A stretch of DNA of 64,000 bases, from assembly GCA_938036765.1 (NCBI GenBank), contig CALHWI010000119.1:5964-69963 (forward strand). Reading direction: 5' to 3'. Below, one piece after another: positions 27,429 to 37,085 of the stretch. The translations under genes and the position numbers were made by a program. This DNA comes from an uncultured Solobacterium sp. (GTDB lineage Bacteria; Bacillota_I; Bacilli_A; Erysipelotrichales; Erysipelotrichaceae). Positions within the stretch are counted from its first letter, which is position 1; each line of letters opens with the position of its first letter. The notes under the pieces are model-generated. The model saw nothing but the letters and a program-made list of their open reading frames with translations. It made no database searches and was not told the DNA's origin.

Positions 27429-28442
27429 ATGAACTTTGTAGAAAATAATGGTAAAAAAGTCGCAGCAATTCTTTGCGTGGCATCTGCTTTCCCTGTTGTA
27501 GCAACAGTAGTTGCAGCCAAGGAAGAACCAGGATGGCATGGCGATCGTTACGTAAATGAAGATAAAACTGTAGCTAAAGGATGGCAAGAAATCGAAGGAA
27601 AATCTTACTACTTCTCAGAAGATGGTACAGTAAATTCTTCTAAAACTGAAAATGCTACTACAGCTAGTGTTTCCAGTAACATTACAGGGGAAGTTAAAGA
27701 AACAGTGGCTACAGCAAGCCAAGAAGCTGTGAAACAAGAAACAGAAGAAAAAGCAGCTGTTGAAGAAGCACCTGTTGAAACTCCAGAAGTTACACCTGAA
27801 GAAACAACAGACACAACTGATACTACTGAAACTCCAGAAGCTCCTGCAGCACCAGTAGAAACACCAAGTGTAGACACAAATACAACAGTTACTCCAGACA
27901 CTTCAACTGATCAAGTAACTCCAGAAGCTCCTGCAGCTCCAGCAGCACCAGTAGAAACACCAAGTGTAGACACAAACACAACAGTTACTCCAGACACTTC
28001 AACTGATCAAGTAACTCCAGAAGCTCCTGCAGCTCCTGTTACACCAGAAGCTCCAGCAGTTCCTGAAACTCCAGCTACACCAGAAGCACCAGCTGATTCA
28101 ACATTAGGTGATCGAATTTCAGCTGCTGCTCAAGAATTAGTAGGTGTTACAGATGGATTATGGTGTACACAAGTTGTTCAACAAGCGTTAGCTAATGCAG
28201 GTGTAAGTGATGCATATCAATTATGGCCAGATCAATATGCTGGTGTATACGGATATTATACTGATTCTCCTCAAGCAGGTGACTTATTGTATTACAACAA
28301 TGGTGGACGTGGAATTGATCACATTGCGATTTATATCGGTAATGGAATGGCAGTACATGGAAACTATAATGGTAAGACTGTAATTGCTAGTGCATATGTA
28401 CCTGGAGCAGCTAACCCACAATTCATTCGTGTTGTTAGATAA
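27429..28442 (+). CDS. Secreted cell-wall-binding-repeat protein with Pro/Thr-rich linker and C-terminal NlpC/P60-like endopeptidase domain
   Basis: Signal peptide. GWHGDRY...GWQEIEGKSYYF cell-wall-binding repeats. C-terminal WCTQ (Cys), IDHIAIYIGNGMAVHG (His motif). Confidence 0.7.
   Translation: MNFVENNGKKVAAILCVASAFPVVATVVAAKEEPGWHGDRYVNEDKTVAKGWQEIEGKSYYFSEDGTVNSSKTENATTASVSSNITGEVKETVATASQEAVKQETEEKAAVEEAPVETPEVTPEETTDTTDTTETPEAPAAPVETPSVDTNTTVTPDTSTDQVTPEAPAAPAAPVETPSVDTNTTVTPDTSTDQVTPEAPAAPVTPEAPAVPETPATPEAPADSTLGDRISAAAQELVGVTDGLWCTQVVQQALANAGVSDAYQLWPDQYAGVYGYYTDSPQAGDLLYYNNGGRGIDHIAIYIGNGMAVHGNYNGKTVIASAYVPGAANPQFIRVVR
27831..28040 (+). repeat. In-frame tandem repeat (87-96 bp unit, about 2.2 copies) encoding TPEAPAAPVETPSVDTNTTVTPDTSTDQV
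   Basis: Near-identical DNA copies at 27831-27917 and 27918-28013, plus a partial third. Confidence 0.85.
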
Positions 28443-28454
28443 TTTGAATTTATA

Positions 28455-28488
28455 AGCTTGGCTTTGACCAAGCTTTTTTTTTAATGTT
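28455..28488 (+). terminator. Strong rho-independent terminator
   Basis: AAGCTTGGC-TTTGA-CCAAGCTT hairpin followed by T9. Confidence 0.85.
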
Positions 28489-28529
28489 TTGTATTGTATA
28501 ATATGAGGTAGTTTTGGAGGCTAAATCTT

Positions 28530-29045
28530 ATGAATGAAGCATATAAAAATATAATCGATAGAAGAAGTGTTAGAAATTTTAATGATATAAAAGTAAGTCA
28601 TGATGTAATTGAAAAAATCGTGTATGCTGGTCAGTGTGCACCAAGTGGAATGAATCGTCAAATTTTTGCCTTTGTGGTTGTAGAAAATGAAGAGTTGATT
28701 GAAAAATTGTCAAAAATGAATGCTGAAGTAATGAATTCAACATCAGATCCTTTCTATGGTGCTAAAAGCATGATTATTGTTTTTGCCGATTCTAATGCAC
28801 CAACCTATTTATATGATGGCGCTTTAGCTATGGGCAATCTAATGAATGCGGCGAATGCACTTGGTGTAGATTCATGTTGGATTCATCGTGCTAAAGAGGT
28901 ATTTGAAACTGAATTTGGTAAAAAATTAAAGAGGAAGTGGCAAATTCCCGAATCATATGAAGGGATTGGACATTGTATATTAGGATATCGTGCGCAAGAG
29001 CTACCAGAACGTGCTCAAAGAACTTCTAAGGTGATTTATGCATAG
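28530..29045 (+). CDS. Nitroreductase-family protein
   Basis: IIDRRSVRNF N-terminus typical of NADH/FMN nitroreductase fold. 171 aa. Confidence 0.7.
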   Translation: MNEAYKNIIDRRSVRNFNDIKVSHDVIEKIVYAGQCAPSGMNRQIFAFVVVENEELIEKLSKMNAEVMNSTSDPFYGAKSMIIVFADSNAPTYLYDGALAMGNLMNAANALGVDSCWIHRAKEVFETEFGKKLKRKWQIPESYEGIGHCILGYRAQELPERAQRTSKVIYA

Positions 29046-29523
29046 TATACGTATTGGACAAGCTGTAGATATTCATCAGCTTGTAGAGAACAGAAAACTA
29101 ATTCTGGGCGGTGTTGAAATAGAGCATTCGAAAGGTTTATTAGGACATTCAGATGCAGATGTTTTAACTCATGCGATTGGTGAAAGTATTTTAGGAGCAC
29201 TTTCTTTAGGAGATCTAGGAAAACACTTTCCGGATACGGATCCAAAATTTAAAGGAGCCAATAGTTTGGTATTATTAGGTCATATTTATGACATGATGGA
29301 TGATATGGGATATCAAATTGGTAATGTGGATGCGACCATTTTAGCTGAAAGACCTAAAATGGCACCTCATATCATTCAAATGCGAACAAATATCGCACAT
29401 GTTTTACATTGTGATATAGAAGATGTCTCTATTAAGGCAACTCGTGGAGAAAAACTAGGCTTTGTAGGGAATGAAGAGGGTATTGTTAGTTTAAGTGTTT
29501 GTATATTGGAGAGAAAAGCATGA
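29038..29523 (+). CDS. ispF: 2-C-methyl-D-erythritol 2,4-cyclodiphosphate synthase
   Basis: IGQAVDIHQL...GHSDADVLTHAI motifs. 161 aa. Confidence 0.9.
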   Translation: MHSIRIGQAVDIHQLVENRKLILGGVEIEHSKGLLGHSDADVLTHAIGESILGALSLGDLGKHFPDTDPKFKGANSLVLLGHIYDMMDDMGYQIGNVDATILAERPKMAPHIIQMRTNIAHVLHCDIEDVSIKATRGEKLGFVGNEEGIVSLSVCILERKA

Positions 29524-29969
29524 GAGTTGTAATTCAAAGAGCAAAAAACGCAAAATGTACAGTAGAGGGTCAAATTACAGGTCAAATTGATCATGGATAT
29601 TGTATTTTTGTTGGTTTTAATAATGAGGATACAGATGAAATTATTGATAAAATGATCCATAAAATTTTATTTTTACGTATTTTTGAAGACGAAAATGGCA
29701 AGATGAATAAATCAATACAGGATGTCGATGGAAGCATTCTATCTATTTCACAATTTACTTTATATGCGGATTGCAAAAAGGGAAATCGTCCAAGTTTTAC
29801 AAATGCTGGTAAGCCAGATTTGGCTACGGCATTATATGATCAATTTAATCTAAAACTTCAAGAGCAAGGCATGCATGTTGAAACAGGTATCTTTGGAGCA
29901 GATATGAAGATTGAATTGTTGAACGATGGTCCTGTAACGATTGTGTTAGATTCAAAGGAGTTGTTTTAA
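29520..29969 (+). CDS. dtd: D-aminoacyl-tRNA deacylase
   Basis: MRVVIQRAKNAKCTVEG N-terminus. 149 aa from ATG 29520. Confidence 0.9.
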   Translation: MRVVIQRAKNAKCTVEGQITGQIDHGYCIFVGFNNEDTDEIIDKMIHKILFLRIFEDENGKMNKSIQDVDGSILSISQFTLYADCKKGNRPSFTNAGKPDLATALYDQFNLKLQEQGMHVETGIFGADMKIELLNDGPVTIVLDSKELF

Positions 29970-30823
29970 TGGAAATTATTTATGGAAATATAATTGCGGA
30001 TAACATCAAGTCTTCAATGAAGCAAAAAATTGATGATATTCGTGCCCAAGGAAAAAGACTACCATTATTAAGTGTGGTTCTTGTTGGTAATAATGCGGCA
30101 AGTAATTCTTATGTTCGGGGTAAAGAAAAGGCATGTGCCTCAATTGGTATGCTTCAACAAACGATTCGTTTAGATGAAAATGTATCGCAAAAAGAATTAA
30201 GTGATGTAATTGTAAATTTAAATCTAGATCCTGAAGTTGATGGTATTTTAGTACAAATGCCACTTCCTGAACATTTAGATGAAACAGCTGTATTAGAACT
30301 GATTGATCCACAAAAAGATGTGGATGGCTTACACCCTATGAATGCAGGGTGTTTATTAACAAATCGACCTGGATTTATTCCTTGTACACCACAAGGTGTC
30401 ATGGCAATGTTAGATTCAATTGGCTATAAAGATTTATCTGGAAAGCGTGCGGTTGTTTGTGGGAGAAGTAATTTAGTGGGTAAACCAGTTGCGTTACTCC
30501 TTCAAAATCGCAATGCGACAGTCACGGTTGTACACTCAAAAACACCAGATATCGAAACAATTGCTTCACAAGCAGATATTTTGATTGTTGCGATGGGTGT
30601 TAGTCAAATGGTCAATGAAAATTGGGTAAAAGAAGGTGCCGTTGTAATCGATGTAGGAATTAATCGTGTAAATGGAAAACTTGTTGGTGATTGCGACTTT
30701 GAATCTGTGTCAAAAAAGGCTAGTTATGTAAGTCCAGTGCCAAAAGGTGTTGGTCCAATGACGGTTTGTATGTTATTATCGAATACGTTAGATGCATATA
30801 AAATGCATATACAAGGAGAATAA
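29969..30823 (+). CDS. folD: Bifunctional methylenetetrahydrofolate dehydrogenase/cyclohydrolase
   Basis: YVRGKEKA, PLP, GRSNLVGKP motifs. 284 aa. Confidence 0.9.
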   Translation: MEIIYGNIIADNIKSSMKQKIDDIRAQGKRLPLLSVVLVGNNAASNSYVRGKEKACASIGMLQQTIRLDENVSQKELSDVIVNLNLDPEVDGILVQMPLPEHLDETAVLELIDPQKDVDGLHPMNAGCLLTNRPGFIPCTPQGVMAMLDSIGYKDLSGKRAVVCGRSNLVGKPVALLLQNRNATVTVVHSKTPDIETIASQADILIVAMGVSQMVNENWVKEGAVVIDVGINRVNGKLVGDCDFESVSKKASYVSPVPKGVGPMTVCMLLSNTLDAYKMHIQGE

Positions 30824-30825
30824 TT

Positions 30826-31017
30826 ATGGATTATGGATTAAATGATATTGTAGAAATGAAAAAAGAGCATCCTTGTCATAAGTCCAAAGAATGGAAAATT
30901 ATTCGTATGGGTGCTGATATTCGAATTAAATGTTTAGGTTGTGGTGCCAGTGTTTTGATGCCTAGACAAAAATTTGAAAAAAAATTAAAAAAAGTAATTC
31001 GACATGAAGAAGAATAG
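30826..31017 (+). CDS. Small conserved protein (DUF951-like)
   Basis: 63 aa with CxxC...CxxC. Translationally coupled downstream of folD. Confidence 0.5.
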   Translation: MDYGLNDIVEMKKEHPCHKSKEWKIIRMGADIRIKCLGCGASVLMPRQKFEKKLKKVIRHEEE

Positions 31018-31034
31018 AGAGGATGTATAAATTT

Positions 31035-32138
31035 ATGCCATTAACTGCTGGAATCGTTGGTCTTCCAAACGTTGGAAAGTCAACGTTATTTAACGCTATT
31101 ACTAAATCTCAGGTAGAAGCTGCAAACTATCCATTTGCGACAATTCAACCTAACGTAGGAGTTGTAGAAGTACCAGACTATCGTATTGATCGTTTAGTTG
31201 AAATCTTCAATCCAAAAAAGACAATCTATACTACATTTGAATTTACAGATATTGCTGGATTGGTTAAAGGTGCTAGTCAAGGTGAAGGTTTAGGAAACCA
31301 ATTTTTATCAAACATTCGTTTAACAGATGCGATTTGTCACGTGGTTCGTTGTTTTGATAACCCTGATATTACACATGTTGAAAATAGTGTAGATCCAATT
31401 CGTGATATTGAAATCATTAACTTAGAACTAACTTTAGCAGATTTGCAAACTATTGAAAATCGTAGAAGTAAGATTGAACGTAAAGCTAAGACAAACAAAG
31501 ACAAGGAATCTTTAGATGAATTGGCTTTATTAGATCGTCTTCAACCTGTTTTAGAAGAAGGAAAACCAGCTCGTTCTCTAGAATTGAATGAAGAAGAACA
31601 AATTTTGATGAAGGGCTATAACTTATTAACCGCAAAGCCAATGATCTATGTTGCTAACTTAGATGATGAAGGTATTATGGATCCAGATTCATGTGCTTAC
31701 TATAATCAAGTAAAAGAATATGCGCAAAGCCAAAATAATCAGGTTGTTGCCTTATGTGCTCAGATGGAAGAAGAATTGTCTGGCTTGGATAAAGAAGAAA
31801 AAGATGCATTCTTAGAAGAATTAGGTGTAGAAACATCAGGATTGGATCAATTGATTCAAAAGGCATATTCAGTATTGGATTTATGCACATTCTTGACTGC
31901 TGGAGAAGATGAGTGTCGTGCATGGACATTTAAAAAGGGTATGAAAGCACCTGATTGTGCCGGTATTATTCATACAGACTTTAAAAAAGGCTTTATTCGT
32001 GCAGAAGTATATCGTTTTGACGATATTGATGAATTAGGTAGTGAATTAGCTATTAAAGAAGCAGGGCGCTTGCGCTTAGAAGGAAAAGATTATGTCGTTC
32101 AAGATGGCGATGTAATGCATTTTAGATTTAATGTTTAA
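31035..32138 (+). CDS. ychF: Ribosome-binding ATPase YchF
   Basis: GIVGLPNVGKSTLFNA P-loop. TGS domain at the C-terminus. Start ATG 31035. Confidence 0.9.
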   Translation: MPLTAGIVGLPNVGKSTLFNAITKSQVEAANYPFATIQPNVGVVEVPDYRIDRLVEIFNPKKTIYTTFEFTDIAGLVKGASQGEGLGNQFLSNIRLTDAICHVVRCFDNPDITHVENSVDPIRDIEIINLELTLADLQTIENRRSKIERKAKTNKDKESLDELALLDRLQPVLEEGKPARSLELNEEEQILMKGYNLLTAKPMIYVANLDDEGIMDPDSCAYYNQVKEYAQSQNNQVVALCAQMEEELSGLDKEEKDAFLEELGVETSGLDQLIQKAYSVLDLCTFLTAGEDECRAWTFKKGMKAPDCAGIIHTDFKKGFIRAEVYRFDDIDELGSELAIKEAGRLRLEGKDYVVQDGDVMHFRFNV

Positions 32139-32772
32139 TTTTCAAAATATAATTTATTTGATTATTGCCGTAGTATTGTCTATGTCCATTCATGAAATGG
32201 CACATGGTTTAGTTTCTTATTGGATGGGAGATCCTACAGCTAAAATCGAAGGAAGATTGAGCTTAAATCCATTTAAGCATGTAGACTGGGTTGGTCTAGT
32301 TTGTTTGTTGATATGTGGATTTGGATGGGCAAAACCAGTACCAATCGATTCGAGATATTATAAAGACGCAAAAACAGGAATTATATGGACAAGCTTTGCG
32401 GGTCCAGTTGCTAATTTTCTTTTAAGCTTTATTTGTGTGTTTCTGTTTTATGCATTATATAAATTTGCTCCTTATTTTATGATGTCAAATGTAGGTTATT
32501 TTGTATCAAATGCATTAACTTATACAGGACTTATTTCAACAGGTTTTGGAATATTTAATTTAATTCCAGTACCTCCATTAGATGGTTCTAAGGTGCTATT
32601 TTCATTCTTGCCGGATGATAAATATTATAAGTTTATCAATGGAGCACCATGGATGAATTTATTGTTTATCTTTATGATTTTTACAGGTATCTTAGATTAT
32701 CCATTAGGCATGTTACGCTCGAATATGATTCAATTTTTTGAGATGATTGCAAAGATGATTTTAGGTTTCTAA
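32131..32772 (+). CDS. Membrane zinc metalloprotease (site-2 protease/M50-like)
   Basis: Polytopic membrane protein with HEMAHG zinc-binding motif in TM1. Confidence 0.6.
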   Translation: MFNFQNIIYLIIAVVLSMSIHEMAHGLVSYWMGDPTAKIEGRLSLNPFKHVDWVGLVCLLICGFGWAKPVPIDSRYYKDAKTGIIWTSFAGPVANFLLSFICVFLFYALYKFAPYFMMSNVGYFVSNALTYTGLISTGFGIFNLIPVPPLDGSKVLFSFLPDDKYYKFINGAPWMNLLFIFMIFTGILDYPLGMLRSNMIQFFEMIAKMILGF

Positions 32773-32931
32773 AGTCATCTTTTTTTAAACGCTTTCAGAA
32801 AAAAATACCATTTAACTAAAAATTAACATAAATTTAATATTGTTTTGACATTATTTTTATTGCATAATAAAGGCGTCGCGATATGCGTAAAAATTGAAAA
32901 TAAAATAATTCATTTATAAAAGGAGTTCGAG

Positions 32932-34740
32932 ATGGAAATAGTTACAATGGTCTTATCCCTATTAGGTGGCATTGCGTTATTTTTGTTCGGTATGTCTTTA
33001 ATGGGCGATGGACTAAAAAGCGTAGCCGGTAATAAATTAGAAGCATTCTTGTACAAAATGACAAACACAAGTTTAAAAGGTGTTGCCCTAGGTGCAGGTG
33101 TTACTTCCGTTATTCAATCTAGTAGTGCTACGACAGTAATGGTCATTGGTTTTGTTAACTCAGGTATGATGAAACTAAGACAAGCAATCGGTATTATTAT
33201 GGGTGCTAATATTGGTACAAGTATTACTGGTTGGATATTGTGTTTATCTTATGTTGGTGGATCAAATGGTATCGCAAGCTTATTTTCGACAGCTACGATT
33301 ACAACGTTGTTTGCGTTTATTGGTATTTGTTTAAAAACATTTGGAAAACGTACAACACATAAAAATGTTGGTAATATCATGCTTGGATTTGCGATTTTAA
33401 TGACGGGTATGCAACAAATGAGTGGAGCTGTTTCACCTTTAAGAACAAATGAAACATTCATTAGTATGCTTACAATGTTCTCAAATCCAGTCATGGGTAT
33501 TCTTGTTGGTATTTTGTTTACAGCGGTTCTACAAAGTGCAAGTGCTGCAATTGGTATTTTGCAGGCACTATCTATGACAGGCTCATTGACATTTGCGGCA
33601 GCATTCCCAATTAACTTGGGTATTGGTATTGGTGCTGCATGTCCAGTGTTGATTTCTGCTTTAAGTGCAAACAAGAATGGTAAACGTACCGCATTAGAAT
33701 ATTTGATCAATGACTTATTTGGTATGATTATTTGGTCTATCTTATTCTATGGTTCAAATCTATTTATGCACTATGATTTTGTGAATAAAGTTATGTCTCC
33801 AATAAATATTGCATTAATGAATACAGCGATTCGTTGTGGAAATGTATTAGTTTTATTCTGGTTCATTCCTCAAATTGAAAAATTATTGATGCGTATTGTC
33901 AAAGACAGTCCAGAAGATCTAGCAGAACAGGCTGACTTTGATTTATTAGAAGAACGTTTGATTCCTTATCCTGCCTTAGCTATTGCTCAATGTCATCGTG
34001 TTATGAATGGTATGGCTAAAAAGGTTCGTAATAATGTGAATCGTTCAATGAACTTGATCAATGAATTTAGACCTGAAAAATATGAGAAGGTACATCGTAA
34101 AGAAACATTGATTGATAAATATGAAGCGCGTTTAGGTTCTTATTTGATGCAACTTACAAAACAAGCATTAAATACTGAACAAACAAGACAAGCCTCATTA
34201 TATCTTCATACTATTAGTGACTTTGAAAGAATCGGTGATCACGCGGCAGATATTGCCGAGATGTCAAAGAGTATCAATGAAAATCGTATGGAAATGTCAG
34301 AAGCTGCCATGAATGAGTTAAACCTTGTCATGGAAGCAGTTCGTGAATCGATGAATATGACATACCATGCATATCTAGAAGATGATTTCGATTTGGCTCG
34401 ACGTGTATCTCCACTTGGAATTGTCATTCGTGGACTATGTGATGAAATGAAATTACGTCACGTTGAACGTTTATCTCAAGGAAACTGTGGACTTGAAGAA
34501 GGTACAGTATTCAATGATTTATTGAATAGTTTAAACCGTATTGCCACACACTGTGCAAGTAGTATGGTGGCCTTGGTCAAGATTCGTGAAAAAGATACAG
34601 ATATCCACATTCACGATTCAAAAGTATATGCGATTGAGGGTGATGATTATAAAACGACGTTGGCTGAATATCGCGAAAAATATGATCTTGGACAAAGAGA
34701 AGGTCGTATTGTAAGTATGGAAGACGATCAAGTTGAATAG
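32932..34740 (+). CDS. Na/Pi-cotransporter family protein with C-terminal PhoU-like domain
   Basis: Duplicated transporter halves (GANIGTSITG and LGIGIGAA) plus a C-terminal soluble helical domain. 602 aa. Confidence 0.7.
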   Translation: MEIVTMVLSLLGGIALFLFGMSLMGDGLKSVAGNKLEAFLYKMTNTSLKGVALGAGVTSVIQSSSATTVMVIGFVNSGMMKLRQAIGIIMGANIGTSITGWILCLSYVGGSNGIASLFSTATITTLFAFIGICLKTFGKRTTHKNVGNIMLGFAILMTGMQQMSGAVSPLRTNETFISMLTMFSNPVMGILVGILFTAVLQSASAAIGILQALSMTGSLTFAAAFPINLGIGIGAACPVLISALSANKNGKRTALEYLINDLFGMIIWSILFYGSNLFMHYDFVNKVMSPINIALMNTAIRCGNVLVLFWFIPQIEKLLMRIVKDSPEDLAEQADFDLLEERLIPYPALAIAQCHRVMNGMAKKVRNNVNRSMNLINEFRPEKYEKVHRKETLIDKYEARLGSYLMQLTKQALNTEQTRQASLYLHTISDFERIGDHAADIAEMSKSINENRMEMSEAAMNELNLVMEAVRESMNMTYHAYLEDDFDLARRVSPLGIVIRGLCDEMKLRHVERLSQGNCGLEEGTVFNDLLNSLNRIATHCASSMVALVKIREKDTDIHIHDSKVYAIEGDDYKTTLAEYREKYDLGQREGRIVSMEDDQVE

Positions 34741-34749
34741 AAATTAAAA

Positions 34750-34775
34750 AAGGGCCTGAGAAATCAGGCCTTTGA
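34750..34775. terminator. Bidirectional terminator between convergent genes
   Basis: GGCCTGA-GAAA-TCAGGCC hairpin flanked by an A-run and a T-run. Overlaps the stop of the minus-strand gene. Confidence 0.65.
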
Positions 34776-35798
34776 TGTATTAATTTGAATGTCACATTTG
34801 TCTTGGATTGAAAAAGTATTAAAATAGGCTTCTTCTAAAGGAATCCAGCGTTGAATGAAATTATTCAACATCTTTGGATTTCTTTTTCTTAGTCTTTCTA
34901 TTTGTTCATCTTTATTGACTGTTAAGAAAACGGAAAAATCATAATATTTTTGAAGACTAGAATGCATAGAATAAGAGCCTTCTATAATATTGAATGTTTT
35001 ATATGGAATCAAGATAGTATGCTCTATAGACATAGTTGAACAATTAAATTTACACAACTTCACATCTTCATGTTTTGATAATGGAATCAATATCTCTTGT
35101 TCAAAACGCTCATGATCCACGTTTTCTCCTGGACTTGTAAGTCTTTCTGTTGTCCTTTGATGGGGTTGCAAGAAAAAGTCGTCCATTTTAAATACGTTGC
35201 AGTCATATACTAGTTTTAAAAGATTTGAAAGTGTTGTCTTACCCGAAGCACAACGTCCATCAATTGAAATCATAGAAGGGTGGTTGTTGTCTATATATTT
35301 GAATAGTTCTAAAAATGGAACATATTTTTTGTGAATCAGACGATATGCAGGATGATACAATTGATTGAATGTATCGGAATGATGAATGGCCGGATAATTA
35401 TCTTCTTTCCATTTAGAAAGAATGCATTTTGATTCTTCTACTGAAAAGGGAAGTTCGTTATTTGAAATTAAATCCATAAGAGATTGATTTTTTTCTTCGA
35501 GTTGTTTTATTCCATTTTTTTCTTGTTGACTCGATAATATAAATAAAGTGCTCAACGTGTCTACACTTAAACCATAATTTAAATGGATACGAACATAGTC
35601 TCCGTCTAATTCTTCTATAGAATTAAAAGAATCTTTATTGTCTTGTAGTTCATGTTCAATATTTGATTTGACTTTAGAAAAATCAGAAACAAGGTGTTCA
35701 CAACCAAAACAACTTTGATACAAGAATTTCATAAGGTCTTGTAGTTCTAATTTAGGATAGATTTTAAATTGATTGAGGATATATTCTTTGGTGTTCAT
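34764..35798 (-). CDS. P-loop kinase-like protein (uridine kinase/nucleoside kinase-like C-terminal domain)
   Basis: GRCASGKTTLSNLL Walker A in the C-terminal half. N-terminal domain unknown. Confidence 0.4.
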   Translation of the reverse strand: MNTKEYILNQFKIYPKLELQDLMKFLYQSCFGCEHLVSDFSKVKSNIEHELQDNKDSFNSIEELDGDYVRIHLNYGLSVDTLSTLFILSSQQEKNGIKQLEEKNQSLMDLISNNELPFSVEESKCILSKWKEDNYPAIHHSDTFNQLYHPAYRLIHKKYVPFLELFKYIDNNHPSMISIDGRCASGKTTLSNLLKLVYDCNVFKMDDFFLQPHQRTTERLTSPGENVDHERFEQEILIPLSKHEDVKLCKFNCSTMSIEHTILIPYKTFNIIEGSYSMHSSLQKYYDFSVFLTVNKDEQIERLRKRNPKMLNNFIQRWIPLEEAYFNTFSIQDKCDIQINTSKA

Positions 35799-35924
35799 AG
35801 AAATTATTTTATCATATTCTTCTCTTTTTTATTATAGATAAAAACTATAACGGGCGTATATTATTAAATATTATCAATAATCATTTAGAAATGATAGAAT
35901 AATGTCATTGGAGGAAATTTACTT

Positions 35925-37025
35925 ATGTTGAATATAAAATATGATATTGTAGGATCTTTTTTAAGACCACAAGAAATTAAAGAGGCTCGTGCTAAATTTA
36001 ATAATAATGAAATCACATATGAACAATTGCGTGATATTGAAGATGAACAAATCGCAAAATTGGTTGCCAAAGAAGTACAGCACGGCTTGAAGTTTGTGAC
36101 AGATGGAGAATTCCGTCGTCGCTGGTGGCATTTGGATTGGTTAAAAGAATTTGATGGTTTTACCACAAAACACTTAGATAAGTTTATTAATGGAAGAAAC
36201 AATCATATTGAATTGGGGATGATTGAAGGAAAGATCTTCTATGATCCAAATAAAGCACATAAAGAAATGTACGCATGGGATTTTTTGAAGAATGAGGCTA
36301 GTAAATATGGAGTAGAGGCCAAGAAATGTATTTCTGGACCAAATATGATTTTGATTGATCATTTCTTACAATTAGGCATTAAAGATACACCATATTATGG
36401 TACGGATATTGAAGCTGTGATTGAAGATATTGGTTTGGCATATCAAGCAGCCATTCGTGATTTTTATAATCATGGATGTCGCTATATTCAAATTGATGAT
36501 ACTTCATGGACATATATGATTGATGATACGTTTGTATCCAAAGTAGAAGGTTTGGGTTATACAAAAGCTCAGATATTAGATTGGTTTGTACGTGTAAGTA
36601 CAAAGGCATTAGAAAATCGTCCTGAAGATATGCAGATTGCGACGCATTTCTGTAAAGGAAACTTTAAAGGAAATCCTTTATTCCATGGATTCTATGATAC
36701 GATTGCAAAATCTGTCGCAAGTATTCCATATGATGGCTATTTTGTAGAATATGATGATGCTCGTAGTGGAACCTTTGATCCATGGGCTATTTTAAAAGGC
36801 ACAGACCGCACATTTGTGGCTGGATTGATTTCTACAAAACGTCCAGAATTAGAAGAACATGATGTGATTAAAGCTCGTTATGAACAAGCTAAAGCAGTTG
36901 TAGGAGATAACATTGCTCTTTCTCCACAATGTGGATTTGCCTCTGTAGAAGAAGGAAACTGTATTGATGAAGAAACACAGTGGAAGAAAATTGATTTATT
37001 GGTATCTTGCCAAGACTTCATTTAA
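35925..37025 (+). CDS. Cobalamin-independent methionine synthase family protein (MetE C-terminal-like, YxjG/YxjH type)
   Basis: 366 aa, size and motifs of the short MetE-like family. SD GGAGG upstream. Confidence 0.6.
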   Translation: MLNIKYDIVGSFLRPQEIKEARAKFNNNEITYEQLRDIEDEQIAKLVAKEVQHGLKFVTDGEFRRRWWHLDWLKEFDGFTTKHLDKFINGRNNHIELGMIEGKIFYDPNKAHKEMYAWDFLKNEASKYGVEAKKCISGPNMILIDHFLQLGIKDTPYYGTDIEAVIEDIGLAYQAAIRDFYNHGCRYIQIDDTSWTYMIDDTFVSKVEGLGYTKAQILDWFVRVSTKALENRPEDMQIATHFCKGNFKGNPLFHGFYDTIAKSVASIPYDGYFVEYDDARSGTFDPWAILKGTDRTFVAGLISTKRPELEEHDVIKARYEQAKAVVGDNIALSPQCGFASVEEGNCIDEETQWKKIDLLVSCQDFI

Positions 37026-37052
37026 GAGAAATCGTTCGATTTCTCTTTTTTT
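37025..37052 (+). terminator. Terminator for the metE-like gene
   Basis: AGAGAAATCG-TTC-GATTTCTCT hairpin followed by T7. Confidence 0.8.
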
Positions 37053-37057
37053 CACAA

Positions 37058-37085
37058 AAAAAGGAACAATTATTTGTTCCCGTAG
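37058..37085 (-). terminator. Terminator for tgt (opposite strand)
   Basis: On the minus strand, GGAACAA-ATAAT-TGTTCC hairpin followed by T7. Confidence 0.75.

Noticed and set aside
33249-33710. 153-aa minus-strand ORF antisense to the Na/Pi cotransporter gene, and a similar case at 53470..53943 inside the OYE gene
   Set aside because: Embedded antisense ORFs without start context. The sense-strand genes have clear family signatures.
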